From assembly GCA_019114285.1 (NCBI GenBank), contig DXFT01000021.1, forward strand, positions 1 through 58,377: DNA of 58,377 nucleotides, given 5' to 3'. Numbering within the stretch: the first letter of the stretch is position 1; every line of letters begins with the position of its first letter. Position numbers and translations under genes: made by a program. This document shows positions 57,401-58,377 of the stretch, one piece after another. The notes under the pieces were generated by a model. That model made no database searches. It was given only the letters and a program-made list of their open reading frames with translations, and had not been told where the DNA came from. This DNA is from Candidatus Odoribacter faecigallinarum (lineage in GTDB: Bacteria; Bacteroidota; Bacteroidia; Bacteroidales; Marinifilaceae).

Positions 57401-58377
57401 GCAGCTCCGGAATGGAAACAATTGGAAGAAACGGCTTTTGGAGAAGAATTCCGCAACCATCATTATGACAAGAAATGTTTTGAAAAGATTTATACGGTGC
57501 CGGATTCTGTGATATATGCCATCCGTTCCGGATTGAGGAAGAAGTTGATAGACCACATAAAGCAGCATGTCCTGGCAGACACGACGGCGGTTTCTTATTT
57601 CACTCCGCGCCAAGTATTGAAAATACAGGAGACCTTGCGTGATGATGTATTGACTATCGGTTTTGCACGGCGTTTTGCTACTTATAAGCGGGCGCATTTG
57701 TTATTCCGCAATCTGGACCGTTTGAATGAGATTGTCAATAATGAGGAACATCCGGTGCAGTTTATTTTTGCCGGCAAAGCTCATCCGGCTGATAAAGCGG
57801 GACAGGATTTAATCAAACGGATAGTGGAAGTTTCCAAGATGCCCCAATTCCTGGGAAAAATCGTATTCCTGCCTAATTATGACATGGATTTGGCAAAGAA
57901 ACTGGTGCAAGGCGTGGATGTATGGATGAATACTCCGACCCGTCCACAGGAAGCTTCCGGCACGAGTGGCGAAAAAGCAGCGATGAACGGTGTCATGCAT
58001 TTCAGCGTATTGGATGGCTGGTGGGTGGAAGGCTACCGTCCTGATGCGGGGTGGTGCCTACCGATGAAGCGCACTTTCGAGAACCAGGCGATGCAGGATG
58101 AATTGGATTCAGAAATGATTTACAATATCATCGATGATGAAATAGCTCCCTTGTTCTATCAAAAAGATGCAGCAGGCTATTCAACGGAATGGATAAAATA
58201 CATAAAGAACACCATAGCCAAGGTGGCGGCAAACTTTACAACCAACCGCATGCTGGAGGATTATGAACGGCAGTTCTATCTCCCCATGTCGGAACGCTAC
58301 CATAAATTGATAGCCGATAATTATAAGCTTGCATCCGAGATTACGGCATGGAAGAGCAAAGTGACCCGTGAATGGGA
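54464..58377 (+). CDS. glgP: Fused GT3 glycogen-synthase-like domain and alpha-glucan phosphorylase (GT35); 3' end outside window
   Basis: Absent from the ORF track because it has no stop in the window. Hand translation finds FEVSWEVCNKVGGI (about 54500), FPSYYEPWGYTP (about 55770), AYFSMEYG (about 56480) and EASGTSGEKAAMNG (about 57950), all in one frame. Confidence 0.9.
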   Translation, partial: MDNNNLKKPAYLFEVSWEVCNKVGGIHTVVSTKALNMVKEYKDSHILIGPDVWRYTEKNPEFIDDTRLFRSWHQHASQEGLRVKVGRWNVAGQPVVILVDFSTFITQKDKIFASFWEKYKLDSLSGQWDYIEPALFGYAAGKVIESFVRFHAALRQPVVAQFHEWMTGAGLLYLKDALPQIGCVFTTHATVLGRCVAGNNLPLYGEMKNYVPEELARRFNVISKQSLEKVSAANADCFTTVSDITAAECAHFLNKEVDMVTPNGFENVFTPKEEEWEGKRKAGREKLLQVAQALLGRPVEEDAVLVGISGRYEFKNKGIDVFVDAMGQLNGDSALQKEILAFVLVPAGHGEVNKDLLHNLQQPNQAVQVGNTYLTHYLTDEANDPVMNRIRSLNLHNSVNDKVKVFFVPSYLNGDDGVFNMPYYDLLIGMDLTAFPSYYEPWGYTPLESLAFKVPTLTTTLAGFGLWVKEHYNMAHPGIEVVRRGDNDNAKVITAIAEWVRNYTVADGQTRMLWRQNAKSVSQIALWDNLITYYRQAYSFALEQVDCRLKNMQVPAEESVSYIEKQLTVNNPSWVSVMIHRSIPEKLGALEELCQNLWWCWHDEARELFRMVDADVWRKCGHNPIALLDSISLNRYQELENDSEFVNKLNEVYGQFRNYMALKDHMSGDGVAYFSMEYGLHTSLKIYSGGLGILAGDYLKEASDKGTKVTAVGLLYRYGYFTQKLSANGEQEAEYDAQDFMKIAVTPVRDKNNNWLLVTLAFPGRNVYARIWRVDVGRIELYLLDTDFEDNLPEDRSITHHLYGGDWENRLKQELVLGCGGIQALRKLGIQAATYHCNEGHAAFIGLERLKEYITEEHLSFQEALEVVRASSLFTTHTPVPAGHDAFSENMLRTYISHYADRLKISWEQLLGLGKINVADPNEKFSMSFLAANLSQEVNGVSWLHGEVSKEIFKGMWPGYMPEELHISYVTNGVHYPTWAAPEWKQLEETAFGEEFRNHHYDKKCFEKIYTVPDSVIYAIRSGLRKKLIDHIKQHVLADTTAVSYFTPRQVLKIQETLRDDVLTIGFARRFATYKRAHLLFRNLDRLNEIVNNEEHPVQFIFAGKAHPADKAGQDLIKRIVEVSKMPQFLGKIVFLPNYDMDLAKKLVQGVDVWMNTPTRPQEASGTSGEKAAMNGVMHFSVLDGWWVEGYRPDAGWCLPMKRTFENQAMQDELDSEMIYNIIDDEIAPLFYQKDAAGYSTEWIKYIKNTIAKVAANFTTNRMLEDYERQFYLPMSERYHKLIADNYKLASEITAWKSKVTREW

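Noticed and set aside
1-58377. Prophage, IS or integrative element
   Set aside because: No transposase, integrase, relaxase or phage structural gene recognised, and no tRNA or att-like direct repeats seen

Overview
Bacteroidetes chromosomal segment; gene content and TTTG-N19-21-TAnnTTTG promoters suggest Bacteroidales, possibly Odoribacteraceae (inference). It holds about 46 CDS plus RNase P RNA. Housekeeping and metabolic genes include glmS, purL, guaB, holA, pgi and L-serine dehydratase, a cysQ-cysC-cysD-cysN-sulfotransferase-MATE cluster, a bioB-A-F-G-C operon (bioD lies about 31.6 kb away), a transporter run, and a glycogen locus ending in a GT3-phosphorylase fusion that runs off the window. 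Accessory genes include a DUF6266-like gene, an SMR plus nim-like pair, a low-GC orphan and a truncated ABC-type ATPase. I saw no transposase, integrase, tRNA, rRNA or CRISPR array. The most interesting signals are non-coding. (1) A 95-codon ORF is followed 2 nt later by a strong terminator just ahead of bioB, a candidate leader-peptide attenuator. (2) A dispersed family of intergenic 11-bp-phased arrays exists; two share an identically spaced promoter module, and three sit at local origin-like GC-skew reversals. (3) Heptamer tandem repeats overlap the stop codons of five genes, always in the sense orientation. All family calls come from motif recognition, not database searches.
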